Below are positions 1 to 8,987 of a stretch of 64,000 nucleotides of DNA, in pieces. The DNA is from Bacteroidales bacterium (lineage in GTDB: Bacteria > Bacteroidota > Bacteroidia > Bacteroidales > FEN-979): positions 5,842-69,841 of the forward strand of contig JALNWE010000007.1 in NCBI GenBank assembly GCA_023231065.1, given 5' to 3'. The notes below the pieces were generated by a model. That model saw only the letters and a list, made by a program, of their open reading frames with translations. It was not told the origin of the DNA and did not search any database. The position numbers and the translations under genes are program-made. Within the stretch, counting starts at the first letter, position 1, and each line of letters begins with the position of its first letter.

Positions 1-230
1 TGAAGGCTAATCCCATATCCCATTATGGCCCTTTTCCAGGGGGGGCAGGATCGCCGGAATGGGGGGACGGTATAGCCGGGATGTACAAAAAAGACCAGAC
101 TGAAAAAAAATTATTAACAAACGTATTACTTTTTGCCTGGTTTCCTGATTAAGCATAAAAGTCATCAGGCAGAGTGAAGGGGAATAACCCCCGGGAACCT
201 GCCGCATTTCTTAACTAAAAAATTAAAAAA

Positions 231-644
231 ATGAACGCTTTTGATCTTTTCAACAAGTACGAACAGGAGATGATGTTGCAAGTCTATCATGTTCAGGGAC
301 AGACCGCCCTTTTAGATTCAGATGTGGCCAACTTATTTGGAGTGGAGATCCGGAACCTGACGCAAACCGTAATGAGGTTCCGGGACCGTTTTCCTCGTAA
401 TTTCATGATAGAGCTAAGCGGTAAGGAACTGGAAGAATACCGGGGAACGCTGGAATCGTCCAGGGCAGGAAAAATAAAAGACCGCGATTCGGTCATGGCA
501 TTCACCACCCAGGGCCTGCTGATGTTGGTCTTCGTGTTAAAATGTCCAATGGCGGAATTCGTGAGCATCTATTTTGCTGAAATCGCCAGCAAATACATTG
601 ATTTCCTAAACCAAAACAGGGAATCGCTTTTTACAAATAATTAA
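231..644 (+). CDS. ORF6N-domain (KilA-N-like) DNA-binding protein
   Basis: 137-aa ATG ORF. The N-terminal half fits the ORF6N pattern (VQGQTALLDSDVANLFGVEIRNLTQTV.R.RDRFPRNFMIEL, later MAFTTQGLLML..VL). Confidence 0.65.
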   Translation: MNAFDLFNKYEQEMMLQVYHVQGQTALLDSDVANLFGVEIRNLTQTVMRFRDRFPRNFMIELSGKELEEYRGTLESSRAGKIKDRDSVMAFTTQGLLMLVFVLKCPMAEFVSIYFAEIASKYIDFLNQNRESLFTNN

Positions 645-702
645 GAAATCCCTCAGGTTGTCGAGGCCTAAGTGGTGTGTTTTCATAGATTGGTTGATTT
701 TT

Positions 703-775
703 CACCCTCCTCAGGGCCCACCCCATCCTTCCCTTTAAACCGGAATGGATTTGGGGTGGGGGCCGCAGGGGGTGG
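703..775. other. GC-rich imperfect extended hairpin downstream of the ORF6N gene
   Basis: CACCCTCCTCAGGGCCCACCCCATCC (703-728) faces GGATTTGGGGTGGGGGCCGCAGGGGGTGG (747-775). The core CCCACCCCA / TGGGGTGGG pairs perfectly and the flanks pair partly. Confidence 0.5.
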
Positions 776-1043
776 TATGGGAACAGAGAAAAATGAAATA
801 TGTTGAAATAAAACGATTACCTGGAAAACTCCGGCAACAACAAGCCGGGTAACTAAAAACACCCGTTTCTGATGATGAAAAATCTTTAAATGACCATGCT
901 AATATAAATGCCAGGACTTTAATGTCTCATAATTAGGAAATTAAAAGTTATCAACAATACAGTTTTTTTTACCATAGATAAACCTGATATTATTAGTTTA
1001 GCTGCTTAAATCATAGACGATTATAAATTTTAAAGTATTAAAT

Positions 1044-4000
1044 ATGAAAAAGATCATTTTACTCCTGGTGTTGAGCCTTGGATTAAATTATTGGGGGTGG
1101 GGACAGAAAACAGCTTCGGCAACAGTTAATTCAAGACCATCTTACATCGACCTTTCTTCAGCAACAGCTGAAGGGGCAGTATTAATGACTTGCGCTGGAT
1201 ACTCACAGGATGATGCTAGATATAGGCTTTATAATGGAAGTAATCAATACTATTGCTGGGATGCTACAACATCTACTTATATTTCTTCGACATCGTATAG
1301 TTCTGGACCTCGAATACCGGGCACGCCATCCACCTCAAGTACTTTTTGGATTGTATTTCAACGCGGGAACAATAATGCCACTACCGCTTCTTACCGTGAT
1401 CGTTTAGGCTCTGGTTATTCAACAAATTATCAAACAGTTGCCTTACCTGCTGCAACAAGCATTTTGGTCTCTTTTACTTTAAGCGGAAATTTTATAGGTA
1501 CTGGAAATTATAGTACAGATGTAAAAAGAGTTGTACTAGCGTATAATGGCAGTTCTATATTAGTCAGTGCAGCTTCGACCGCTTTAACTACTGGAGCATT
1601 TTCAGTTGTTTGTCCGAATACTGAAACAATAACTAAGATTGAGATTAGAGCTATTGATAATTCTTTGATTACTTCATTGACAGGAACTTGGAACTCAACC
1701 ACAAATTTGGGGTATTTCTCAGCTCCTACTACTCAAGCATCAAATATTACTTTCAGTGGCATTTCCACTACAGGAATGATCCCCTCATGGACAAATGGAG
1801 ATGGGAGTAAGCGTATTGTTATTATGAATACGTCTAATAGCTTTACTGATCCTACTGATGGGACTGATCCATCGGCAAACCCCGTCTATGGTGGTAGTGG
1901 TGAACAGGTTGTTTATAACAATTCATCAAACACTGTGACGATTTCAGGGCTTACGGCTAGCACAACATATTGGTTCAGGGTCTATGAATATAATGGTAGC
2001 GGGGTAACCACAAAATATCTTGTTACGACAGCAACAGGGAATCCTATTAGCCAGGCAACAAATGGGAGTGTTTCTGTGCCCACAATTATATCTCCAACAG
2101 CAACCACAATTTCAAATAATAGTGCGACATTAGGAGGGAATATCACTTTAGACGGTGGAGATGCAATTACAACCCGTGGAACGGTTTGGAATACATCATC
2201 AGGGGTATTAGTTACAGATAATCCCTTGGCAGAAGGGGGAGCTGCAACGGGTGTATTTTCACATTCCCGCTCCTCATTACCAGCTAAAACATTAATTTAT
2301 TATAAAGCTTATGCCACCAATAGCATAGGAACTTCCTTAACTGATGAATCAAGTTTTTATACTCTTGCCGATGAACCATCTGACCATGTTACTGGTTTTG
2401 CCGCTGCTTCAGGTGGAACAACAAGTATTAACCTCAGCTGGACCGGGACGGCTACCGGTGCCGATGGGTATATTATCCTCCAAAAGGTAGGGGGTACCGC
2501 ACCAACCGGTACACCATCAGATGCCACAGCATATATTGTTGGAAATACTATTGGAGATGGAACCGTCGCTGCTATTGTCACTAATGGAGCGCAAACATCA
2601 CAGTCAATTTCCGGGCTCACGCCTATTACACAATATTCATTTACAATTATGCCTTATGCCTGGGATGCAACAAATGCCCAAACATACAATTACCGGACTT
2701 CGGCAACTATCCCAAGTGCCAGCGCAACAACAGACGAACCGTCTGCGACAGCTTATACCTGGAATGTTGCCTCAGGCAACTGGAATACTTCCGCAAGCTG
2801 GACTCCTGAAAGAACAACTCCTGCGGCAAATGATATCTTAGTGTTTGATGGCTCAATACAAGCTACTCCTACTGTTACACTTGATTTTACTTCCCCTCAA
2901 AGCATTGGGCGCTTAAGAATAATTAATAATGCCTCCGTTACTTTCGGTACTTCTGCTGAGACAAGAACATTAAATATTGGTTATACCGGCGCCTCATCCC
3001 CTCAACTGGAAGTTGGCTCAGGCTCAACACTAACAGTAAGCGCAGTAAATGCTATAACTGTAAATGTACTCACCGGGTTTACCGGTAACATTTCTGGCAA
3101 CATTATTTACCAAAATGCCGCCCATAGGCTTACCGCAATTGACGCCAGTGGAATTACGTTCAATAATGGTGGCGTGTTTACGGCTGGTACTTCATTCACC
3201 GGCTCTCCATTTGGTAGCGGTACAGGAAATTCTGTCATATTCTCAAGTGGTTCTACATATGTCCAGCAAGCAGGAAGTAATCCATTTGCTGCGACGACTG
3301 CCATTGTTACTTTCCAAACAGGCAGTTTGTTCCGTTTGGAGGGTAACCTAACTCCGTCTTTTTCTGGTAGAACTTATGCGAATTTTGAACTCAATTATAA
3401 TGGGCCCATTTCGGCATCAGGTGCTTTGGCTGTTCTAATTGATAATTTAACAATAACACAGGGGACTTTTAATTTTAATGTATCCGGAACTCCTGGCCAT
3501 TCAATTAATGGAAATATTTATGTTGCATCAGGAGCAACTTTGACCTTTTCTCCGAGTTCGGCAGGGTCTGTTACCCTAAACGGAAGCGCAACCCAAACTA
3601 TTTCAGGGGATGGCACACTCAGCACCAGCGGTAATTCCACCCTTGTGATCAACAATACTGTTGTTACGAATAAAAATATCACCTTTGGGGGAAATCTCAC
3701 CATCAATTCCAGTAAGTCATTTACAATCAATGCCGGAAAGAATGTTACAGTTTCAGGGACACTCACAAACACTGAAAACTCCGGCCTCGTTATCAAATCG
3801 GGAGGCTCACTGAAACAGAATACCGGATCGGTGCCGGCTACAGTCGAACGTGATATAACCGCCTGGTCTGACGCTACTCATGGCTGGCATTTTATTTCAT
3901 CTCCGGTTGCCGAACAGGCCGTTGATCCTTCCTTCACGGACCCTACTCCTGTTAATTACGATTTCTTTACTTGGTGGCAGCCCACAAACCAATGGGTCAA

Positions 4001-5105
4001 TTTTAAAAATACTGAGGTCGCTCCGACCTGGAACACAGCCAATGTGCTTGGCGTTACAAGCGGCGGTACTAATTTTATTCCTGGCAAAGGCTATCTGGTT
4101 GCCTATTCGGCCACTGCAACCAAACAATTTTCAGGTACGCTCAATGTGGCTGATATTGCTGTTAGTAATTTATCCGTCAACGCGTCAAATTATGGATGGC
4201 ATCTTCTTGGAAATCCATTCCCTTGTGCCCTGACCTGGAATGACGGAAACTGGGCAATGACGGCTATCAATGGCACGGCAAAGATCTGGAGTGAATCAGG
4301 CGCGGCCTATACCGATATCGCCGCAAGTGGTATCATCCCGGCATTGAACGGGTTCATGGTTGAGGCCACTGCCGTCACCAATGGACTGACCATCCCATTG
4401 GCTTCCCGTACCCACGATGCTACTTCCTGGTACAAATCAAACTCCGGCCCTTATATCAAATTGGTTGCGCATGACCCGGATGGACAGACTGCCCAGGAAA
4501 GCATAATCCTCTTCACCCCGGATGCAACTACCGGTTTTGACCCTCAATATGATTCTCACTTCCTTCCCGGGTATGCTCCGGCATTTTATTCGGTTGCCGG
4601 TGAAGAGCATCTCTCTACCAATGCCCTTCCGGAAGCCGGTGGAGCCGTCCAGATACCGTTCAACTTCACTAAAAATGAAGGGAGCAACTTCACCATCGAA
4701 GCAAAAGAGATAACAGGGGTTTACGGACCTATCATGCTGAACGACCTGAAAGCAGGAACATCACAGGATCTGGGCAACAGCCCCCTATATTCCTTTATCG
4801 CTTCTGCTGAAGATACCCCGGGCCGCTTCGTGATCACCTTCAGCCATGTGGGGATTGGTGAGGCCCAAAACGAAAATCCTGTACGGATATATACAAACGG
4901 AAATTGCATCTGTGTAGCCAATGCCTGCGGGACAGCCATCACCGGTGATGTGGTTGTCTATAACCTCATGGGACAGCAACTGACGAAAACCCGGTTAGGC
5001 GGGGCCACACTGACGAGGATCGACCTGGATCCTTCCACGGGATATTACCTGGTGAAGGTGATCACGCCACAAAAAACTTATACCAATAAGGTATTCATCC
5101 GGTAA
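1044..5105 (+). CDS. Large secreted Fn3-repeat surface protein with T9SS C-terminal sorting domain
   Basis: 1353 aa. Signal peptide MKKIILLLVLSLGL. Fn3-like modules (e.g. TISGLTASTTYWFRVYEYNG, ISGLTPITQYSFTIMPY). Ser/Thr/Asn/Gly-rich beta-helix-like middle. C-terminal ~75 aa ends VVVYNLMGQQL...GYYLVKVITPQKTYTNKVFIR, typical of T9SS type A CTDs. Confidence 0.8.
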   Translation: MKKIILLLVLSLGLNYWGWGQKTASATVNSRPSYIDLSSATAEGAVLMTCAGYSQDDARYRLYNGSNQYYCWDATTSTYISSTSYSSGPRIPGTPSTSSTFWIVFQRGNNNATTASYRDRLGSGYSTNYQTVALPAATSILVSFTLSGNFIGTGNYSTDVKRVVLAYNGSSILVSAASTALTTGAFSVVCPNTETITKIEIRAIDNSLITSLTGTWNSTTNLGYFSAPTTQASNITFSGISTTGMIPSWTNGDGSKRIVIMNTSNSFTDPTDGTDPSANPVYGGSGEQVVYNNSSNTVTISGLTASTTYWFRVYEYNGSGVTTKYLVTTATGNPISQATNGSVSVPTIISPTATTISNNSATLGGNITLDGGDAITTRGTVWNTSSGVLVTDNPLAEGGAATGVFSHSRSSLPAKTLIYYKAYATNSIGTSLTDESSFYTLADEPSDHVTGFAAASGGTTSINLSWTGTATGADGYIILQKVGGTAPTGTPSDATAYIVGNTIGDGTVAAIVTNGAQTSQSISGLTPITQYSFTIMPYAWDATNAQTYNYRTSATIPSASATTDEPSATAYTWNVASGNWNTSASWTPERTTPAANDILVFDGSIQATPTVTLDFTSPQSIGRLRIINNASVTFGTSAETRTLNIGYTGASSPQLEVGSGSTLTVSAVNAITVNVLTGFTGNISGNIIYQNAAHRLTAIDASGITFNNGGVFTAGTSFTGSPFGSGTGNSVIFSSGSTYVQQAGSNPFAATTAIVTFQTGSLFRLEGNLTPSFSGRTYANFELNYNGPISASGALAVLIDNLTITQGTFNFNVSGTPGHSINGNIYVASGATLTFSPSSAGSVTLNGSATQTISGDGTLSTSGNSTLVINNTVVTNKNITFGGNLTINSSKSFTINAGKNVTVSGTLTNTENSGLVIKSGGSLKQNTGSVPATVERDITAWSDATHGWHFISSPVAEQAVDPSFTDPTPVNYDFFTWWQPTNQWVNFKNTEVAPTWNTANVLGVTSGGTNFIPGKGYLVAYSATATKQFSGTLNVADIAVSNLSVNASNYGWHLLGNPFPCALTWNDGNWAMTAINGTAKIWSESGAAYTDIAASGIIPALNGFMVEATAVTNGLTIPLASRTHDATSWYKSNSGPYIKLVAHDPDGQTAQESIILFTPDATTGFDPQYDSHFLPGYAPAFYSVAGEEHLSTNALPEAGGAVQIPFNFTKNEGSNFTIEAKEITGVYGPIMLNDLKAGTSQDLGNSPLYSFIASAEDTPGRFVITFSHVGIGEAQNENPVRIYTNGNCICVANACGTAITGDVVVYNLMGQQLTKTRLGGATLTRIDLDPSTGYYLVKVITPQKTYTNKVFIR

Positions 5106-5149
5106 CCAGGGAAAGAAACATATTGTATGAACGATAAAAATCTTGAGTT

Positions 5150-5419
5150 ATGAAAAAAATGATAAAATTCTTCGCTATTTCTTCTCTGATCCTATGCGCA
5201 ATTTTTATCACCAAACCATCAGTAGCTGAGGATCCAATAACGCCTTCTCCTCCCGGTGAGCATGGGGCGTCGGGCAATCAGGCTCCCGCCGGGGCTCCCA
5301 TCGATGGGGGTTTGGGAATTCTTCTGACCCTTGGCGCTGCTTATGGCGGAAGAAAACTTTACATTTATAAAAAGGAGAAAAAGAAAGCTGCTGAAGAAGA
5401 CCTGGAATCAGGATCCTGA
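5150..5419 (+). CDS. Small secreted or membrane-anchored protein with PEP-CTERM-class (P-I-D) tail
   Basis: 89 aa. Signal peptide MKKMIKFFAISSLILCAIFITKPSVA, then a Pro/Gly linker, then APIDGG + hydrophobic GLGILLTLGAAYGG + basic RKLYIYKKEKKK. Confidence 0.55.
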   Translation: MKKMIKFFAISSLILCAIFITKPSVAEDPITPSPPGEHGASGNQAPAGAPIDGGLGILLTLGAAYGGRKLYIYKKEKKKAAEEDLESGS

Positions 5420-5474
5420 CCCCATAATCTGGCGCCTGTTATGTGTTATCCAGCATCCAGGCTACTTTTTTTCG

Positions 5475-5482
5475 TATCTTTG
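5475..5482 (+). promoter_or_regulatory. Bacteroidetes-type -7 promoter box TATCTTTG (nuclease 1)
   Basis: Exact TAnnTTTG, 36 nt upstream of the TTG start. Confidence 0.5.
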
Positions 5483-5517
5483 CCCGCCCTAATAACTTGA
5501 GGCTTAAAAGATAATCT

Positions 5518-8500
5518 TTGGATAGATCCGATAGAAAACCAACCGGTGGCCACGGGTTTCATTATACTCTGGTATTCGTTTTCCTGCTATTAGCCGGAAC
5601 TTTACCGGGAAGGGGGGAGATCCCACCAGGATATTATACATCAGCTATCGGCCTTACAGGAACGCCCTTACAACAGGCGCTTCACGACATCATCAAAAAC
5701 CATACTGCAAAAAGTTACAATTACCTCTGGACCGCCTTTCAAACGGCCGACGACAAACCCAATGGTACCGTGTGGGATATCTATTCCGATGTCCCCGACG
5801 GGACACCCAACGGAAATCCGCCTTATACCTTTACTTTTATCACCGACCAGTGCGGAACGGCTTCTGCCGAGGGCGACTGTTACAGCCGCGAACACTCCTT
5901 TCCAAAAAGCTGGTTCGGGGGTACGGTCATGCCTATGTACACCGACCTTTTTCACATCTATCCCGTGGATCAGTATGTGAATAACCGGCACAACGACAAT
6001 CCCTTTGGCGTGGTCAGTACGCCCACCTGGACTTCCCTGAATGGTAGCAAGTTGGGCCTATGTGCCACGCCCGGATACAGCGGAACGGTGTTTGAACCCA
6101 GAGACGATTATAAAGGAGATATCGCCAGGAGCTATTTCTATATGTCGGTGCGGTATTATACTGAAGATGCCGGCTGGCCGGGAAGCCCGATGGTCACCGG
6201 CTCCCAGTTGAACCCCTGGGCGTTGGCCATGATGATCCAGTGGCATCAGTTGGATCCGGTGTCGCAGAAAGAGATCGACCGCAACAACGTGATCTATACC
6301 ATCCAGAACAACCGTAACCCCTTTATTGACCACCCGGATTATGTGGCAGCCATCTGGTCGTCGGCACCCATCAAACCCGAACCGACAAATCATGCGACGG
6401 ATTTCTCCTCGGTTGCCGGGCCACCAACCTATAGCGCCATGACCCTCACATGGACCGATGCCATCGGGGAAGTTCTTCCCGACGGTTACCTGATCCGGGG
6501 TAGCGCCACCGGGTTCGACGCCATCAATACCCCGGTTGACGGAACTCCCGTGAGCGATGGAGGATTGAACTTCAACGTGGCCGCCAGCGTTCAGACTTGT
6601 CTCATCACCGGTTTATCTTCTTCTACAAAATACTATTTCAGGATCTTCTCATACACCAATTCGGGAATGGCCATCAATTACAAAACTGATGGGACTATTC
6701 CATCTGCCAGCGCCACGACAACCCCTGGCACCGGATCAGGCGATATCATCATCTCCCAGTATTATGAGGGGACAAGCAACAACAAGTGGATCGAAATCAC
6801 CAACCTGGGCCCCGATGTGGATCTGGCTGTACATCCGGTTTACCTTTTACAAATCCTGGGAGCTGGTCCCAAAAATGTTACAACCACCAACCCATTCCTG
6901 TGTGCTTCATTGAACACCGGAACTTTTACCAGCGGGAGTTCCCGGCTGGTCAGGAATACCCTGGCTGTCCTGCCCGATTACGCAGTAGCGGATTATACCA
7001 ATGGAAACCTTAACTTCAATGGTGTTTATGATGTGATCTTTTTATCTGCTTCTGCCAATACTGTTTCCCCGGTTGCCTGGGATGCCAGGACCGATGTGGT
7101 CGGGGAGGTGGTCAACGATACGACTACCAGTTTTTCCATCGCCAATATGTCCTTATACCGCAGGAACAACATTTCTACGGGATCCGTTACCTGGTCTGTG
7201 AACGACTGGGTTCAACTGACCAATACCACAGTGGATATGGCTACCCAGGGAACGCCTGAAAGGCTTGGATACCATGGGTTCAACTATTATTCAAAACCGA
7301 CAGGGTACCTCGATGACCCACTAAACTGGGGAACTTCTACTGACGGATCGGGAACCACTCCGGCATCGTTCAATTATATCAATCAGGTTTTTACCGTTCA
7401 GAACCGGTCAGCAGCGGATATCAGCGGTGACTGGACATTGCTGGGGACCGGGTCGAAGATGATCCTCGGCGACGGAACTACCGGTACGACATGCCATACC
7501 GGCATCACAGATTGTTATCTGCCGGCGCTGGAAATACAAACAGGCAGCATGATGTCCGTGGATTCAGGCGCCACGCTAACCGTTCATGGGACCCCCGCCG
7601 GGGCCGGATGCCTGACCATCCGGAACGGGGCTTCGCTCGACAATGCCGGAAAGATCATTGTGGGCCAGGACCTGATCAATGAAAACGACTCGCCAGTAAC
7701 CCTGGGGCAGGGAACCATCGATTTTAACGGAGTGAACCGGCAACGGATCATGGGACAGAATATATTTCATAACCTGACCATTAATAGCGAGATGGGCATT
7801 TCGATCACCGGGAATACCTGGATAGAGGGGATCCTTTCGCTGATCCATGGAAGGATACGCCTCAATGAGAATGAATTTACGATGGGGCCGGAGGCTGCCA
7901 TTGAAGGATCCCCATCGGCTAACGCTATGATCATAACTTCTGCTACGGAAAAGCTTTCGAAAGAATTTCCTGCCGGCTTTACAGGAAGTTTCATTTTTCC
8001 GGTCGGAGATACCACCGGAACTGCCGAATATTCCCCCGTGACATTGAACTTCACCGCGGGTACATTTGATGCGGGAAATTTTGCCAGTGTTTCCGTGGTC
8101 AATGAAAAGTATCCGGATCCCGGCATTACAGGCAACTATCTCAACCGGTACTGGACGATAACCCGGACCGGAATTTACGGCTTCAGTTGCAATGCGACTT
8201 TCCAGTATCTTCCCACGGATGTTACAGGCATGGAAGGGATGATCTCGGGGAGTTGTATAAAACCAGAGGCCTGGATGACCTTTGGGCCGGCCAACACCAT
8301 CGTCCATCAATTGTTTACTGGGGGGATCTCTGACTTCGGATCGTTCACGGGATTGAAAAGCGACACACCGCCGCAGAACCAGGAACTGGCCAATATCGAT
8401 GTCCTCACCGGGCAGACCGGTTGTTATGATGCAACCACTAACCTTACAGTGGCCGGTAACGAAACATTGTTCGTGGTTGACAACGGTGGTTCCGTCACGC

Positions 8501-8919
8501 TGGTCGCGGGAACACGGATCTCCCTGCAACCTGGTGTGCTGGTAAACTCCGGTGGTTATTTTTATGCCTGGATCACCGAAACAGGAAATTATTGCAGCAA
8601 TCCCCTCTCGCCGGTCGCAGCAAATTACGACATCAGGGAACAGGTTATTCCGACCATCCAGGCGCCAGGCAACAATCTGCTCATCAAAATCTACCCCAAC
8701 CCCAACACCGGCACCTTCTCTCTGGGGATTTTTCCGCTGGATCCACTATCCGGGGTCCAGGTTACCATTTCCAATATGAATGGGAAAATCATCTTTACCC
8801 GGCATTTCAAGGGCCAAAACATTGTTCCCATTTCTCTTGGCGAACAAGCCCCCGGGCTTTATATCGTTCACGTCAACACAGGCTCCATCTCAGCAATAGC
8901 TAAAATCCTCAGGGATTGA
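5518..8919 (+). CDS. Extracellular endonuclease I family nuclease fused to Fn3, lamin-tail-like domain and T9SS CTD
   Basis: 1133 aa. Endonuclease I motifs: YSREHSFPKSWF, DLFHIYPVDQYVNNRHNDNPFG, FEPRDDYKGDIARSYFYM, NNRNPFIDHPDYV. Fn3: LTWTD...YYFRIFSYTN. LTD-like: IIISQYYEGTSNNKWIEITNLG. CTD: IKIYPNPNTGTFSL...GLYIVHVNTG. No in-frame ATG, so a TTG start at 5518 is inferred. Confidence 0.85.
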   Translation: MDRSDRKPTGGHGFHYTLVFVFLLLAGTLPGRGEIPPGYYTSAIGLTGTPLQQALHDIIKNHTAKSYNYLWTAFQTADDKPNGTVWDIYSDVPDGTPNGNPPYTFTFITDQCGTASAEGDCYSREHSFPKSWFGGTVMPMYTDLFHIYPVDQYVNNRHNDNPFGVVSTPTWTSLNGSKLGLCATPGYSGTVFEPRDDYKGDIARSYFYMSVRYYTEDAGWPGSPMVTGSQLNPWALAMMIQWHQLDPVSQKEIDRNNVIYTIQNNRNPFIDHPDYVAAIWSSAPIKPEPTNHATDFSSVAGPPTYSAMTLTWTDAIGEVLPDGYLIRGSATGFDAINTPVDGTPVSDGGLNFNVAASVQTCLITGLSSSTKYYFRIFSYTNSGMAINYKTDGTIPSASATTTPGTGSGDIIISQYYEGTSNNKWIEITNLGPDVDLAVHPVYLLQILGAGPKNVTTTNPFLCASLNTGTFTSGSSRLVRNTLAVLPDYAVADYTNGNLNFNGVYDVIFLSASANTVSPVAWDARTDVVGEVVNDTTTSFSIANMSLYRRNNISTGSVTWSVNDWVQLTNTTVDMATQGTPERLGYHGFNYYSKPTGYLDDPLNWGTSTDGSGTTPASFNYINQVFTVQNRSAADISGDWTLLGTGSKMILGDGTTGTTCHTGITDCYLPALEIQTGSMMSVDSGATLTVHGTPAGAGCLTIRNGASLDNAGKIIVGQDLINENDSPVTLGQGTIDFNGVNRQRIMGQNIFHNLTINSEMGISITGNTWIEGILSLIHGRIRLNENEFTMGPEAAIEGSPSANAMIITSATEKLSKEFPAGFTGSFIFPVGDTTGTAEYSPVTLNFTAGTFDAGNFASVSVVNEKYPDPGITGNYLNRYWTITRTGIYGFSCNATFQYLPTDVTGMEGMISGSCIKPEAWMTFGPANTIVHQLFTGGISDFGSFTGLKSDTPPQNQELANIDVLTGQTGCYDATTNLTVAGNETLFVVDNGGSVTLVAGTRISLQPGVLVNSGGYFYAWITETGNYCSNPLSPVAANYDIREQVIPTIQAPGNNLLIKIYPNPNTGTFSLGIFPLDPLSGVQVTISNMNGKIIFTRHFKGQNIVPISLGEQAPGLYIVHVNTGSISAIAKILRD

Positions 8920-8934
8920 CTGCATGATTTTTCT

Positions 8935-8942
8935 TATCTTTG
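8935..8942 (+). promoter_or_regulatory. -7 promoter box TATCTTTG (nuclease 2)
   Basis: Exact TAnnTTTG, 46 nt upstream of the TTG start. Confidence 0.5.
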
Positions 8943-8987
8943 TACCTTCAAAATCAGTTAATGGCATAAATTCAATTACTGTTTTCC

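Noticed and set aside
7-207. 66-aa minus-strand ORF, and an open plus-strand frame entering from the left edge (3..152)
   Set aside because: Neither has recognisable motifs, a signal or a promoter context. Being at the window edge prevents evaluation, so the region is left unannotated.
7576-8529. 317-aa minus-strand ORF inside the first nuclease gene
   Set aside because: It overlaps a plus-strand frame that continues an obviously real multidomain protein ending in a T9SS CTD. The antisense product is Arg/Gly/Pro-rich low-complexity sequence.
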